A stretch of DNA of 64,000 nucleotides, taken from Acidimicrobiia bacterium. GTDB taxonomy: Bacteria > Actinomycetota > Acidimicrobiia > IMCC26256 > JAENVU01. Below, in pieces: positions 18,754 to 28,696 of the stretch. Numbering within the stretch: the stretch's first letter is position 1; each line of letters opens with the position of its first letter. Made by a program: the position numbers and the translations under genes. The stretch spans positions 10,432 to 74,431 of the forward strand of contig DASXYP010000047.1 of NCBI GenBank assembly GCA_036502405.1, given 5' to 3'. A model generated the notes under the pieces. That model saw only the letters and a list, made by a program, of their open reading frames with translations. It had not been told where the DNA came from and did not search any database.

Positions 18754-19533
18754 TCAGCGACTCGGAGCGCAGAGCATGACCAGGCCGCCGCCGAAGGTCA
18801 CGAGCACGCCGTAGTCCACGAGGTCCCACACGTTCAGCCCGGTGCCGAGGCCGCGGTCGCTCGTCGTCAGGAGGTCCTGGGTCTGCAGGACGTACACGAC
18901 GCAGATGATCATCAGCGCGAGCCCGAGCACCCTGCGCACGATCCCGCCACCCGACACGAGGGACACGACCGCGCCCACCCCGGCGAGGATCACGATCAGC
19001 AGGCCGAGCTCGAACCCACCCTTGAGCGCGTGGTCCCAACCGCTCAGGACGTTGACCGCCAGGCCGAACGCGTCGACCTGGTCCAGCTTGCCGACCGTCT
19101 GCACCCACGGGAGCACGGTCCCGACGATCGCCAGGATCCCGGCGAGCGCGCCGAGCACCGGGCCGGTGCCGAGGCGCATCCGGCTCCGTTGCTTCTCGAC
19201 GACCTTCGGAGCCGTGAGCGACGACGCGCCGGGCGACCCTTCGGGACCCGGGTGCGCCGCGACGGGCGCCGCGCCGACTGCGATCCCGGCCAGCTCCGTG
19301 CCGTCGACCCAGCCGTCGAGACCGTCGGCGGCTCGGATGTGGACCCACGGCGGGCGGCGACCGGCGACGCTGACCTCTTCTCCGGCCGTGAGCTCGCGGA
19401 TCGGCGGACCGCGGCGGTCCGGTCGCTCGAAGACGAGGATCCCGCCGGCGGGGACGTGGTGGACCTCGACGTGCCGGGCGGGGACGGCGCCTTCGCCCTC
19501 GGGCGCTGCAGTGCTGGTGGGCTCCTCCGGCAT
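18754..19533 (-). CDS. Membrane protein with N-terminal SH3b-like domain and several TM helices
   Basis: ELTAGEEVSV..WVHIRAADGLDGWV resembles bacterial SH3; hydrophobic C-terminal half with LPW motif. Confidence 0.7.
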   Translation of the reverse strand: MPEEPTSTAAPEGEGAVPARHVEVHHVPAGGILVFERPDRRGPPIRELTAGEEVSVAGRRPPWVHIRAADGLDGWVDGTELAGIAVGAAPVAAHPGPEGSPGASSLTAPKVVEKQRSRMRLGTGPVLGALAGILAIVGTVLPWVQTVGKLDQVDAFGLAVNVLSGWDHALKGGFELGLLIVILAGVGAVVSLVSGGGIVRRVLGLALMIICVVYVLQTQDLLTTSDRGLGTGLNVWDLVDYGVLVTFGGGLVMLCAPSR

Positions 19534-19553
19534 GGAGAAGGTATCGGCAGCCC

Positions 19554-19961
19554 TCAGTGCTCCTGAACCAGCTCGATGAGCGTGCCGAACGCGGTCTTCG
19601 GATGGACGAATGCGACCGTCGTGCCCCGGCTCCCCGGCCGGGGCGCGTCGTCGATGACGCGATGGCCCTCGGCCTTGACCCGGGCCAGCGCCGCGGCGCA
19701 GTCGTCGACCCGGTAGCCCACGTGGTGGAGCCCCTCACCCTTGGTCGCGAGGTACTTGGCGACCGGCGAGTCGTCCCGGACGGGGGTGAGCAGCTGCACG
19801 TAGGAGTCGGCCACCGCGAGCAGCGCCTCCTCCACCCCGTCCTTCTCCACCACTTCCCGGTGGGCCACGGTGCAGTCGAAGGTCTTCGCGTAGTACTCGA
19901 TGGCCGCATCCAGGTCGTTGACGGCGATCGCGATGTGGTCGATCTCGGTCAGCTCGCTCAT
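19554..19961 (-). CDS. mce: Methylmalonyl-CoA/ethylmalonyl-CoA epimerase
   Basis: IDHIAIAV, QLLTP, EGLHHVGYRV, FVHPK, LIELVQ motifs. Confidence 0.95.
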   Translation of the reverse strand: MSELTEIDHIAIAVNDLDAAIEYYAKTFDCTVAHREVVEKDGVEEALLAVADSYVQLLTPVRDDSPVAKYLATKGEGLHHVGYRVDDCAAALARVKAEGHRVIDDAPRPGSRGTTVAFVHPKTAFGTLIELVQEH

Positions 19962-20031
19962 CGCGCTCAGCGTAGGTCGGAGCGGGCCGCGTCGCTCAAG
20001 CCCGCCGCGGCCGGCGCCGACAACCCCCCGC

Positions 20032-20343
20032 ATGGGAACGCCGGGATGCCGCCACTACCTCGTCGTGACGGTCGCGGGTGAGCACCGCGATCGCGGCGCG
20101 ACCAGCCAGGAGATCGCCGACGCGTTCGAGACCGCGTGCACCGGGGTCACCGAGGTGCGCGAGATCAGGGTGGAGCGCAACCGGGTCTCCGGACCGGGAC
20201 AGGCCGACCTGATCGTCGCCACCGCGTACGACACCGCCGAGGACCTCGTGCGCGTCCGGGGGACGGTGTTGCGCGAATGCATCGAGAAGCTGCGCCAGCA
20301 GGTCGCGGACTTCGAGATCCGCGAGCTCAGCGCGATGGCCTGA
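20032..20343 (+). CDS. Small hypothetical protein, possibly Dabb-like ferredoxin fold
   Basis: GC3-rich ORF filling the gap between mce and ccr; pattern HYLVV...ERN...DLIV..YDTAEDL resembles Dabb; start uncertain. Confidence 0.55.
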   Translation: MGTPGCRHYLVVTVAGEHRDRGATSQEIADAFETACTGVTEVREIRVERNRVSGPGQADLIVATAYDTAEDLVRVRGTVLRECIEKLRQQVADFEIRELSAMA

Positions 20344-20346
20344 CCC

Positions 20347-21693
20347 TCAGGCGTACTTCCTGAACAGCGTGATCTGCGGGAGCAGGCGCTCGCGCATCTC
20401 GCCGTCGGTCACGCCGAGTCCTTCCTCGGGCGCGAGGCAGAGGATGCCGAGCTTGCCCTCGTGCTGGTTGTGGTGCACCTGGTACGCGGCCTCGCCGGTG
20501 TCCTCGAGCGCGAACGTCTTCGAGATGGTCGGGAAGATCTTGCCCTCGGCGATGAGCCGGTTGGCCTCCCACGCCTCGCGGTAGTTCGCGAAGTGGCAGC
20601 CCTTCAGCGTCTTCAGGTTCATCCAGAGGTAGCGGTTGTCGTACTCGATCATGAAGCCGCTCGTCGCCGCGCAGGTGATGATCATCCCGCCGCGCTTCGC
20701 GACGAACACCGACGCGCCCATCGTCTGACGACCGGGATGCTCGAACACGATGTCGGGGTCGGTGCCGACGAGCTCCCGGATCTTCTTGCCGAAGCGCCGC
20801 CACTCGGCCGGGTCCTGCTGGCCCTCGTCGTTCCAGAACCGGTAGCCCTCGGCCTTGCGGTCGATGACTGCCTCGACGCCGAGCTCGTGCAGCAGCGCCG
20901 CGCGTTCGGGTGACGAGACGACACCGACCGGGGTGCCGCCGCCGTTCAGCACGTACTGGCACGCGTACGCGCCGATGCCGCCGCTCGCGCCCCAGATCAG
21001 GACCGTCTGACCCTGGGTCATCTGCGAGCCGTTCGGGCTCACGATCATGCGGTAGCTGGTGGAGTTGGTCAGGGCGTTGACCGCGGCCTCCTCCCACGTC
21101 AGGTGCGCCGGCTTGGGCATCAGCTGGTTGGCCCGCACGATGCTCAGGTCCGCGAGCCCGCCGAAGTTCGACTCGAAGCCCCAGATCCGCTGGTTCGCGG
21201 CGAGCATCGCGTCGTCGTGGCTCGACGGGTCCTGGTCGTCGACGTAGTTGCAGTGGACGGTCACCTCGTCGCCGGGCTTCCAGTTGCGCACCGCGGACCC
21301 GACCCGCAGCACGACCCCCGACGCGTCGCTGCCCATCACGTGGAACGGCTGGTCGTGGCGCGCGCCCCACACGCTCTCCTTGCCCAGCCGCCTGAGGAAC
21401 CCGAAGGTCGGCAGTGGCTCGAAGATCGAGGTCCACACCGTGTTGAAGTTGATCGAGCTCGCCATCACCGCGATGACCGCCTCGTCGGGCGCGATCTCCG
21501 GGAGCGGGAAGTCCTCGACCCGCGTGGACTTGCGGGGGTCCTTCTCCTCCGACGGCAGCCCGTCGAACATGTTCTGGTCCTCGACCCGAACCAGCGCGCC
21601 CCGGGCCGACTCGGGCAGCGGGAGCGCGCCGAGCTCCTCGCCGGGCGCGCCTTCGAGGATCGCGGTGCGGATGGCGTCGATCGCAGTCGTCAT
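20347..21693 (-). CDS. ccrA: Crotonyl-CoA carboxylase/reductase
   Basis: ASSINFNTVW, GSDASGVV, IWGFESNFGGLA, IWGASGGIG, FEHPGRQT, HFANYRE motifs. Confidence 0.96.
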   Translation of the reverse strand: MTTAIDAIRTAILEGAPGEELGALPLPESARGALVRVEDQNMFDGLPSEEKDPRKSTRVEDFPLPEIAPDEAVIAVMASSINFNTVWTSIFEPLPTFGFLRRLGKESVWGARHDQPFHVMGSDASGVVLRVGSAVRNWKPGDEVTVHCNYVDDQDPSSHDDAMLAANQRIWGFESNFGGLADLSIVRANQLMPKPAHLTWEEAAVNALTNSTSYRMIVSPNGSQMTQGQTVLIWGASGGIGAYACQYVLNGGGTPVGVVSSPERAALLHELGVEAVIDRKAEGYRFWNDEGQQDPAEWRRFGKKIRELVGTDPDIVFEHPGRQTMGASVFVAKRGGMIITCAATSGFMIEYDNRYLWMNLKTLKGCHFANYREAWEANRLIAEGKIFPTISKTFALEDTGEAAYQVHHNQHEGKLGILCLAPEEGLGVTDGEMRERLLPQITLFRKYA

Positions 21694-21837
21694 GGGCGGC
21701 GACCGTAGCGAAGGGTGCGGCACCCTCGCACCCCGCCGCCGGCACCGCGGATCCGTCGCCACGGCCTGGACGGAAGGTCGGGGAGGAGGGCTACCATCCC
21801 AAGTGACCAGCGAGTAACCAGCCTTCGGGAGTCAGCC

Positions 21838-23022
21838 ATGCCCGGTTCCGTGATCGTCTCCACCGCTCGCACGCCGATCGGGAAGCTCTCGGGTGCGTTC
21901 GCGTCCCTCAGCGCGATGGACCTCGGCGGCGTCGCCATCCGCGCTGCGCTCGAGCGCGGCGGGGTGGGGCCCGACCAGGTGGACTACGTGATCATGGGCC
22001 ACGTCCTGCAGGCCGGGCAGGGCCAGATCACCGCGCGCCAGGCCGCGGTGAAGGGCGGGATCCCGATGACGGTCCCCGCGAACACGATCAACAAGGTGTG
22101 CCTCTCGGGCATCAACGCCCTCTACCTCGCCGACCAGATGGTGCAGTCCGGTGACGCCGAGGTCGTGGTGGCCGGCGGCATGGAGTCGATGACGAACGCG
22201 CCCTACCTGCTGCAGAACGCACGGTCGGGCTACCGGATGGGCAACGGCGAGCTGACCGACTCCCTGATCCACGACGGTCTGTGGTGCGCGTTCGACGCGA
22301 TGCACATGGGTGAGGGCACCGACAAGTACACCGCGAGCTTCGGGGGGCTCACCCGCGAGCTGCAGGACGAGTTCGCGGCCCGCAGCCACGACCGCGCCGC
22401 CTCCGCGATGAAGGAGGGCCGCTTCGCCGACGAGATCGTCCCGGTGCCGGTCCCGCAGCGCAAGGGTGACCCGGTGCTGGTCGAGGAGGACGAGGGCGTG
22501 CGGCCCGGCACCACGGTCGAGTCGCTGGGCAAGCTCCGCCCGGCCTTCACGAAGGACGGCACCATCACCGCGGGCAACGCCTCCCAGATCTCGGATGGCG
22601 CGGCGGCGATGATCGTCACCAGCTCCGAGAAGGCGGCCGAGCTCGGGCTCACGCCGATCGCCGAGCTCGTCGGCTACGGGATGGTGGCCGGTCCGGACAC
22701 GTCGCTGCTGACCCAGCCGTCACGCGCGATCAAGCAGGCGCTCGATGCCGCGAACCTCCCGCTCGCGTCGGTCGACCTGTTCGAGCTCAACGAGGCCTTC
22801 GCGGGCGTCGGGCTCGCGAGCGCACGGGACCTCGGCATCAGCGAGGACATCGTCAACGTCAACGGCGGCGCGATCGCGCTGGGCCACCCCGTCGGCATGT
22901 CCGGCTCGCGCGTCGTCCTGACGCTCATCAACGAGCTCAAGCGGCGTGGCGGCGGCATCGGCGCGGCGGCCCTCTGCGGCGGCGGCGGCCAGGGCGACGC
23001 GGCGATCCTCCGCACCCTGTAG
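21838..23022 (+). CDS. Acetyl-CoA C-acetyltransferase (thiolase)
   Basis: NKVCLSG, GGMESM, TAGNASQISDGAA, NEAFA, GGAIALGHPVG, CGGGGQG motifs. Confidence 0.96.
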   Translation: MPGSVIVSTARTPIGKLSGAFASLSAMDLGGVAIRAALERGGVGPDQVDYVIMGHVLQAGQGQITARQAAVKGGIPMTVPANTINKVCLSGINALYLADQMVQSGDAEVVVAGGMESMTNAPYLLQNARSGYRMGNGELTDSLIHDGLWCAFDAMHMGEGTDKYTASFGGLTRELQDEFAARSHDRAASAMKEGRFADEIVPVPVPQRKGDPVLVEEDEGVRPGTTVESLGKLRPAFTKDGTITAGNASQISDGAAAMIVTSSEKAAELGLTPIAELVGYGMVAGPDTSLLTQPSRAIKQALDAANLPLASVDLFELNEAFAGVGLASARDLGISEDIVNVNGGAIALGHPVGMSGSRVVLTLINELKRRGGGIGAAALCGGGGQGDAAILRTL

Positions 23023-23028
23023 CCCGCT

Positions 23029-23044
23029 CACCCCGGGCGGGGTG
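23029..23044 (+). terminator. Short hairpin after thiolase stop
   Basis: CACCCC-GGGC-GGGGTG, 6 nt after the stop. Confidence 0.45.
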
Positions 23045-23250
23045 GCTCCCGGCTCCGAGAAGACCTCGAGGACGCGTCCGATCCGGCCGCATCCCTCGTC
23101 GAAGACGCCCTCAGCAGGGCGGCAGCGCCGACGAGGTCCGTGGGCGCGGGCCGCGGCCCTGCCGATAGCCCCTGAAGGATTGCCGCGTTCCGGCCGACAA
23201 CCATCGCTAACGTCGATCAGTCCGCCGCTCTCCCTGAAAGGGGCGCACCC

Positions 23251-23964
23251 ATGTCCCAGGCTCCGCCACCACCTCCGCCGCCGCCTCCCCCGCCCCCGCC
23301 CCCGCCGGCCGGCGGGATGCCCATGCAGGCCCCGGGCGGGGCGTCCCGGTTCAGCGTCGGCGACGCGGTCGGCTACGGGTGGAACGCGTACTGGAAGAAC
23401 ATCGGCCCCATGCTGGTCATCACGATCGTGGTGATCGCGGTCCAGGTGATCCTGAACCTGATCGGCTCGGCCACGGGCAACTTCTTCCTCAGCGTGATCC
23501 TCTCGATCATCGCCTTCATCGTCGCGATGATCCTGACCATGGGCCTGTTCCGGGCCTCCCTCGCGGTGGTCAAGGGCCAGACGCCCGAGGTCAGCATGCT
23601 GTTCGAGACCGAGGGCCTGGCCAACTTCGTCGTCGCCGCGATCCTCTTCGGCCTGATGGTCTGGGTCGGCCTGATCCTGTGCATCGTGCCCGGGATCATC
23701 CTGTTCATCGTGTTCATGTTCTACGGGTTCGTGATCGTGGAGAACCCGAACATCGGCGCGATCGACGCCCTGAAGAAGAGCCAGGAGATGACCAAGGGCC
23801 GCCTCGGCGAGCTGTTCGTGTTCGGCCTCGCCATCGTCGGCATCAACATCGTCGGGCTGCTGCTCTGCGGCATCGGGCTGCTGTTCACCTATGGCATCTC
23901 GTACATCGCGGTGGCCTACGCCTACCGGACCCTCCGGGGCGAGCCGGTGGCCCAGCTGGTCTGA
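23251..23964 (+). CDS. Integral membrane protein with poly-Pro N-terminus (DUF975-like)
   Basis: Poly-Pro tract, FSVGDAVGYGW, GLILCIVPGI, AIDALKKSQEMTKG. Confidence 0.82.
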   Translation: MSQAPPPPPPPPPPPPPPPAGGMPMQAPGGASRFSVGDAVGYGWNAYWKNIGPMLVITIVVIAVQVILNLIGSATGNFFLSVILSIIAFIVAMILTMGLFRASLAVVKGQTPEVSMLFETEGLANFVVAAILFGLMVWVGLILCIVPGIILFIVFMFYGFVIVENPNIGAIDALKKSQEMTKGRLGELFVFGLAIVGINIVGLLLCGIGLLFTYGISYIAVAYAYRTLRGEPVAQLV

Positions 23965-23990
23965 CCTGCGGGTTCGCGACCCTTCGCTGC

Positions 23991-24018
23991 ACGGGAGCGG
24001 CCTGCGGGCCGCTCCCGT
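23991..24018. terminator. Perfect 12-bp hairpin between convergent genes
   Basis: ACGGGAGCGGCC-TGCG-GGCCGCTCCCGT. Confidence 0.7.
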
Positions 24019-24029
24019 CGCGTCCGGGC

Positions 24030-24449
24030 CTAGGAGCCGGTACCCAGCCAGTTGAACGGGGCGATCGGCAGGTTGCGCACGACCCAGAACACCACCACCG
24101 TGACCAGCGCGACCCGGGTCCAGGTCGGTGAGAAGGAGAACGCCCGCCAGCGGGGCCCGCCGAGCATCGCTGTGAGCGATACGAAGAGGCCCCAGAGGAT
24201 GAAGGGCATCGCCACGACCGCGAGCACGTTGTAGCTGAGCGCGGCGCCGAGATGCCCCGTGAGCAGCTGGTGGGCGGCCCGGGTGCCGCCGCAGCCCGGG
24301 CAGTCGAGGCCGGTCACCGCCTTGAACGGGCACACCGGCGGACCGTGGGTCGGGTCGACCAGCGCCAGCGTCACGCAGCCGCCGAGCAGCAGGCCGCCCG
24401 CGATCAACGGCGCCGCCCTCGAGCGCGCCGCCAAGGTGGTCGCCGTCAC
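24030..24449 (-). CDS. DUF2752-like membrane protein
   Basis: CPFKAVTGLDCPGCGGTRA, WVVRNLP motifs; leaderless GTG 7 nt after TAGCGT. Confidence 0.88.
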   Translation of the reverse strand: MTATTLAARSRAAPLIAGGLLLGGCVTLALVDPTHGPPVCPFKAVTGLDCPGCGGTRAAHQLLTGHLGAALSYNVLAVVAMPFILWGLFVSLTAMLGGPRWRAFSFSPTWTRVALVTVVVFWVVRNLPIAPFNWLGTGS

Positions 24450-24542
24450 GGCGTGAACGCTAGCGCTCCGTCCGGGAGCGATGGCCACGTCCCGGCCGGC
24501 GGGAACGCGCCTGACATCGCCGGTCGGGCCACCCGACGCCGC

Positions 24543-24950
24543 TCAGACGTGCGTACCTCCGGTCGCTTCCCAGCGGGCGTTCATCGCGTTCTGGCACTTG
24601 ACCACCCAGATGATCCATCCGACGATCGGGATCAGGTTCCAGAACCCCGTCAGTCCGGTCACGGGCTTCTCGAGCCCTTCCTGGGCGTACATGTTCCCGA
24701 TCTCGGCCGGCAGCAGGAAGACGTTCACGATGCCGATGCAGAGTCCGAGGATCAGGCCCACGACGCCGCCGACCCCGTTGCCGGTGCGCAGCTTCAGGTC
24801 CTCGAACACCCGGTAGTACCAGAAGAGCCCGTAGATCCCGAGCGTCACGATGCTGAGCAGGATCACCGTGACCGGTGAGCGCATCTGTCCGGGCGGACCG
24901 ACCGGGGACGTCACGCCCGAGGGCGTGGGCGCAACAGGGATGTTTGTCAT
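24543..24950 (-). CDS. DUF4234-like membrane protein
   Basis: RSPVTVILLSIVTLGIYGLFWYY, Q..MN motifs. Confidence 0.82.
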   Translation of the reverse strand: MTNIPVAPTPSGVTSPVGPPGQMRSPVTVILLSIVTLGIYGLFWYYRVFEDLKLRTGNGVGGVVGLILGLCIGIVNVFLLPAEIGNMYAQEGLEKPVTGLTGFWNLIPIVGWIIWVVKCQNAMNARWEATGGTHV

Positions 24951-24971
24951 GTCGGCATCATGGGGGTCGCG

Positions 24972-26376
<1,405 letters not shown>

Positions 26377-26382
26377 GGAACG

Positions 26383-26436
26383 CGTCCGGCAATCACTGCG
26401 GGTGGGCACGGCGACTACCAGACGCATCACTAGCCT
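26383..26436 (-). repeat. CGTC-tagged dispersed element, copy 2 (internally shortened, opposite orientation)
   Basis: CGTCCGGCAATCACTGC (26383-26399) is the exact reverse complement of 57319-57335; 26418-26435 matches the reverse complement of 57177-57194 at 16/18; 15-mer 26400-26414 is identical to 57204-57218. Confidence 0.85.
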
Positions 26437-26445
26437 GATGGGCGC

Positions 26446-27594
26446 ATGACGGCCGCGCCAGTCGTTCCGGTCACCGGCGCCTGGCGGGAGGGCGATCCGC
26501 CGGGACACCGGCAGTTCGCCACCCTGTTCGAGCCGCGGGGCCACGTCCTGGAGGCCGGCGGTCGGCTCGGACCGGTGACGGTCGCGTACGAGACCTGGGG
26601 GACGCTCAGCCCGGCTCGCGACAACGCCGTGCTCGTGCTCCACGCGCTCACCGGCGACAGCCACGCCGCCGGACCCGCGGGCCCCGGCCATCGGGAGACC
26701 GGCTGGTGGAGCGAGATCATCGGGCGCGGGAAGGCGATCGACCCCGACCGCCACTTCGTGATCTGTCCCAACGTGCTCGGCGGGTGCCAGGGCACGACCG
26801 GGCCTGCTTCCACGGATCCGGTCACCGGCCGGCCCTACGGGTCGCGGTTTCCGACGGTGACGATCCGGGACCAGGTGGTGGTGGAGGCCGCGCTCGCAAA
26901 CCGGCTCGGCATCGAACGCTGGGCTGCGGTGGTCGGCGGCTCGATGGGCGGTCAGCGCGCGCTCGAGTGGGCGGTCTCGTTCCCCGACCGCGTCCCGCGC
27001 GTCGTCGTCATGGCGTGCGGCGCCCGCGCGACGGCCGAGGAGATCGCGCTGTGCTCGCTGCAGATCCGCGCGATCGAGTCCGACCCCCGCTTCGCCGGCG
27101 GCGACTACTACGACGCCGAGCCCGGCGAGGGCCCGTGGCGGGGCATGAGCCTCGCCCGCGGCATCGGGCAGGTCGGCTACCGCTCCGAGGAGGAGTTCGA
27201 CGAGCGCTTCGGGCGCGGCCGCCAGGGCCACGAGGACCCGCTGTCCGGCGGGCGGTACGCGGTCGAGTCGTACCTCGAGTACCACGGCGAGAAGCTGGCC
27301 TGGCGCTTCGACGCGAACACCTACATCGTCCTGTCACGCGCGATGAACCATCACGACGTCGGCCGGGGTCGCGGCGGGATCGCGGCCGCGCTGGCGCGCA
27401 TCACCGGCGAGGTGACGATCGCGGGCATCTCGTCGGACCGGCTCTACCCACTCCGGCTGCAGCACGAGCTCGCGGTGCGCATCCCCCGGAACTCGGGCGT
27501 CGAGGTGATCCAGTCGATCTCGGGTCACGACGGCTTCCTCACCGAGGCCGAGGCCGTCGGCAAGGTCGTCGCCCGCGCGCTCGCCGACGCCTGA
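26446..27594 (+). CDS. metX: Homoserine O-acetyltransferase
   Basis: VLHALTGDSH, NVLGGCQGTTGP, GGSMGG, FDANTY, GHDGFL motifs. Confidence 0.95.
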   Translation: MTAAPVVPVTGAWREGDPPGHRQFATLFEPRGHVLEAGGRLGPVTVAYETWGTLSPARDNAVLVLHALTGDSHAAGPAGPGHRETGWWSEIIGRGKAIDPDRHFVICPNVLGGCQGTTGPASTDPVTGRPYGSRFPTVTIRDQVVVEAALANRLGIERWAAVVGGSMGGQRALEWAVSFPDRVPRVVVMACGARATAEEIALCSLQIRAIESDPRFAGGDYYDAEPGEGPWRGMSLARGIGQVGYRSEEEFDERFGRGRQGHEDPLSGGRYAVESYLEYHGEKLAWRFDANTYIVLSRAMNHHDVGRGRGGIAAALARITGEVTIAGISSDRLYPLRLQHELAVRIPRNSGVEVIQSISGHDGFLTEAEAVGKVVARALADA

Positions 27595-27616
27595 GCGAAC
27601 GCTCACGTTCGCTCAG
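27591..27616. terminator. Perfect 11-bp hairpin between convergent transcription units
   Basis: CTGAGCGAACG-CTCA-CGTTCGCTCAG. Confidence 0.7.
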
Positions 27617-27663
27617 CCGGGCTCGTCGACGGTGACGAACTCGGACACGATGAGCCGGCGCAT
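27613..27663 (-). pseudogene. 16-codon N-terminal relic of a DHFR/RibD-C-terminal family gene
   Basis: GGAGG SD, then ATG; translates MRRLIVSEFVTVDEPG*, resembling the MRKLIVSEFVxLDG start of RibD_C proteins. Confidence 0.6.
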
Positions 27664-27738
27664 GGCGGCGACCTCCGGGTGAACGGTTTCGGTGCGGTAG
27701 ACCCGGCGCCGGCACGCAGCTCATCGGTCGCGGCGAGA

Positions 27739-28347
27739 TCAGCCGTCGACGGCGCGCCGGCCTTCGAGAGCACGGCCGAGCGTGACCTCGTCGGCGTACT
27801 CGAGGTCGCCGCCGACCGGCAGGCCGCTCGCGATGCGGGTGACCTTCACGCCGAGCGGGGTCAGCACCTTGGCCAGGTACATCGCGGTGACCTCGCCGTC
27901 GGTGTTCGGGTTCGTCGCGAGGATCGTCTCCTCGACGCCCTCCGCGGGTATCCGCACGAGCAGCTCCTTGACCCGCAGCTGGTCGGGGCCGATGCCCTCG
28001 ATCGGCGAGATCGTCCCCTGCAGGACGTGATAGCGGCCGCGGAACTCCTGGGTCCGCTCGATCGCCACGATGTCGCGCGGCTCCTCGACGACGCAGAGCA
28101 GCGTCGTGTCGCGGCGCGGGTCGCGACAGATGCTGCACTCCTCGCCCTCGGCGATGTTGAAGCACCGCCGGCACCACGAGATCTTCTCCTTGACCTCGAC
28201 GATCGCGGCCGCGAGCCGGCGCGCGTCCTCGGGCGCGACCTTCAACAGGTAGTAGGCGATCCGCTGCGCGGACTTCGGCCCGATGCCCGGGAGCCGGCCG
28301 AGCTCGTCGACGAGCCGCTGGACCGGTCCCTCGTAGAAGGACGCCAC
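27739..28347 (-). CDS. recR: Recombination mediator RecR
   Basis: [11 protein letters not shown], CxxC-CxxC Zn finger, YHVL.G.ISP, EGE-like [14 protein letters not shown]. Confidence 0.97.
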   Translation of the reverse strand: MASFYEGPVQRLVDELGRLPGIGPKSAQRIAYYLLKVAPEDARRLAAAIVEVKEKISWCRRCFNIAEGEECSICRDPRRDTTLLCVVEEPRDIVAIERTQEFRGRYHVLQGTISPIEGIGPDQLRVKELLVRIPAEGVEETILATNPNTDGEVTAMYLAKVLTPLGVKVTRIASGLPVGGDLEYADEVTLGRALEGRRAVDG

Positions 28348-28357
28348 CCGTCAGCGA

Positions 28358-28687
28358 CTAGCCGAGGCCGAACGCGCTGAGGTCCAGGCCGCCGGTGACC
28401 GGGCCCATCTGCTCGGACTGCAGCTCCTGGGACGCGCGCATCGCCTCGGCGACTGCTGCGACGACGAGGTCCTCGAGCATCTCGATGTCGTCGGGGTCGA
28501 CGACGTCCGCCGAGATCGACACCGAGCGCAGCTCCCCGGACCCGGTCACGACCGCCTTCACCATGCCGCCGCCCGCGCTGCCCTCGACCTCCATGGTCGC
28601 GAGCGCCTGCTGGGCCGCGAGCATGTCGGCCTGCATCTTCTGGACCTGCTTCATCATGTTGTTGTTCTGCGGCTTCTGCTTCGCCAC
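28358..28687 (-). CDS. ybaB: YbaB/EbfC nucleoid-associated protein
   Basis: EGSAGGGMVKAVV, DIEMLEDLVVAAV; between dnaX and recR. Confidence 0.95.
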   Translation of the reverse strand: MAKQKPQNNNMMKQVQKMQADMLAAQQALATMEVEGSAGGGMVKAVVTGSGELRSVSISADVVDPDDIEMLEDLVVAAVAEAMRASQELQSEQMGPVTGGLDLSAFGLG

Positions 28688-28696
28688 GGCAGGCTC

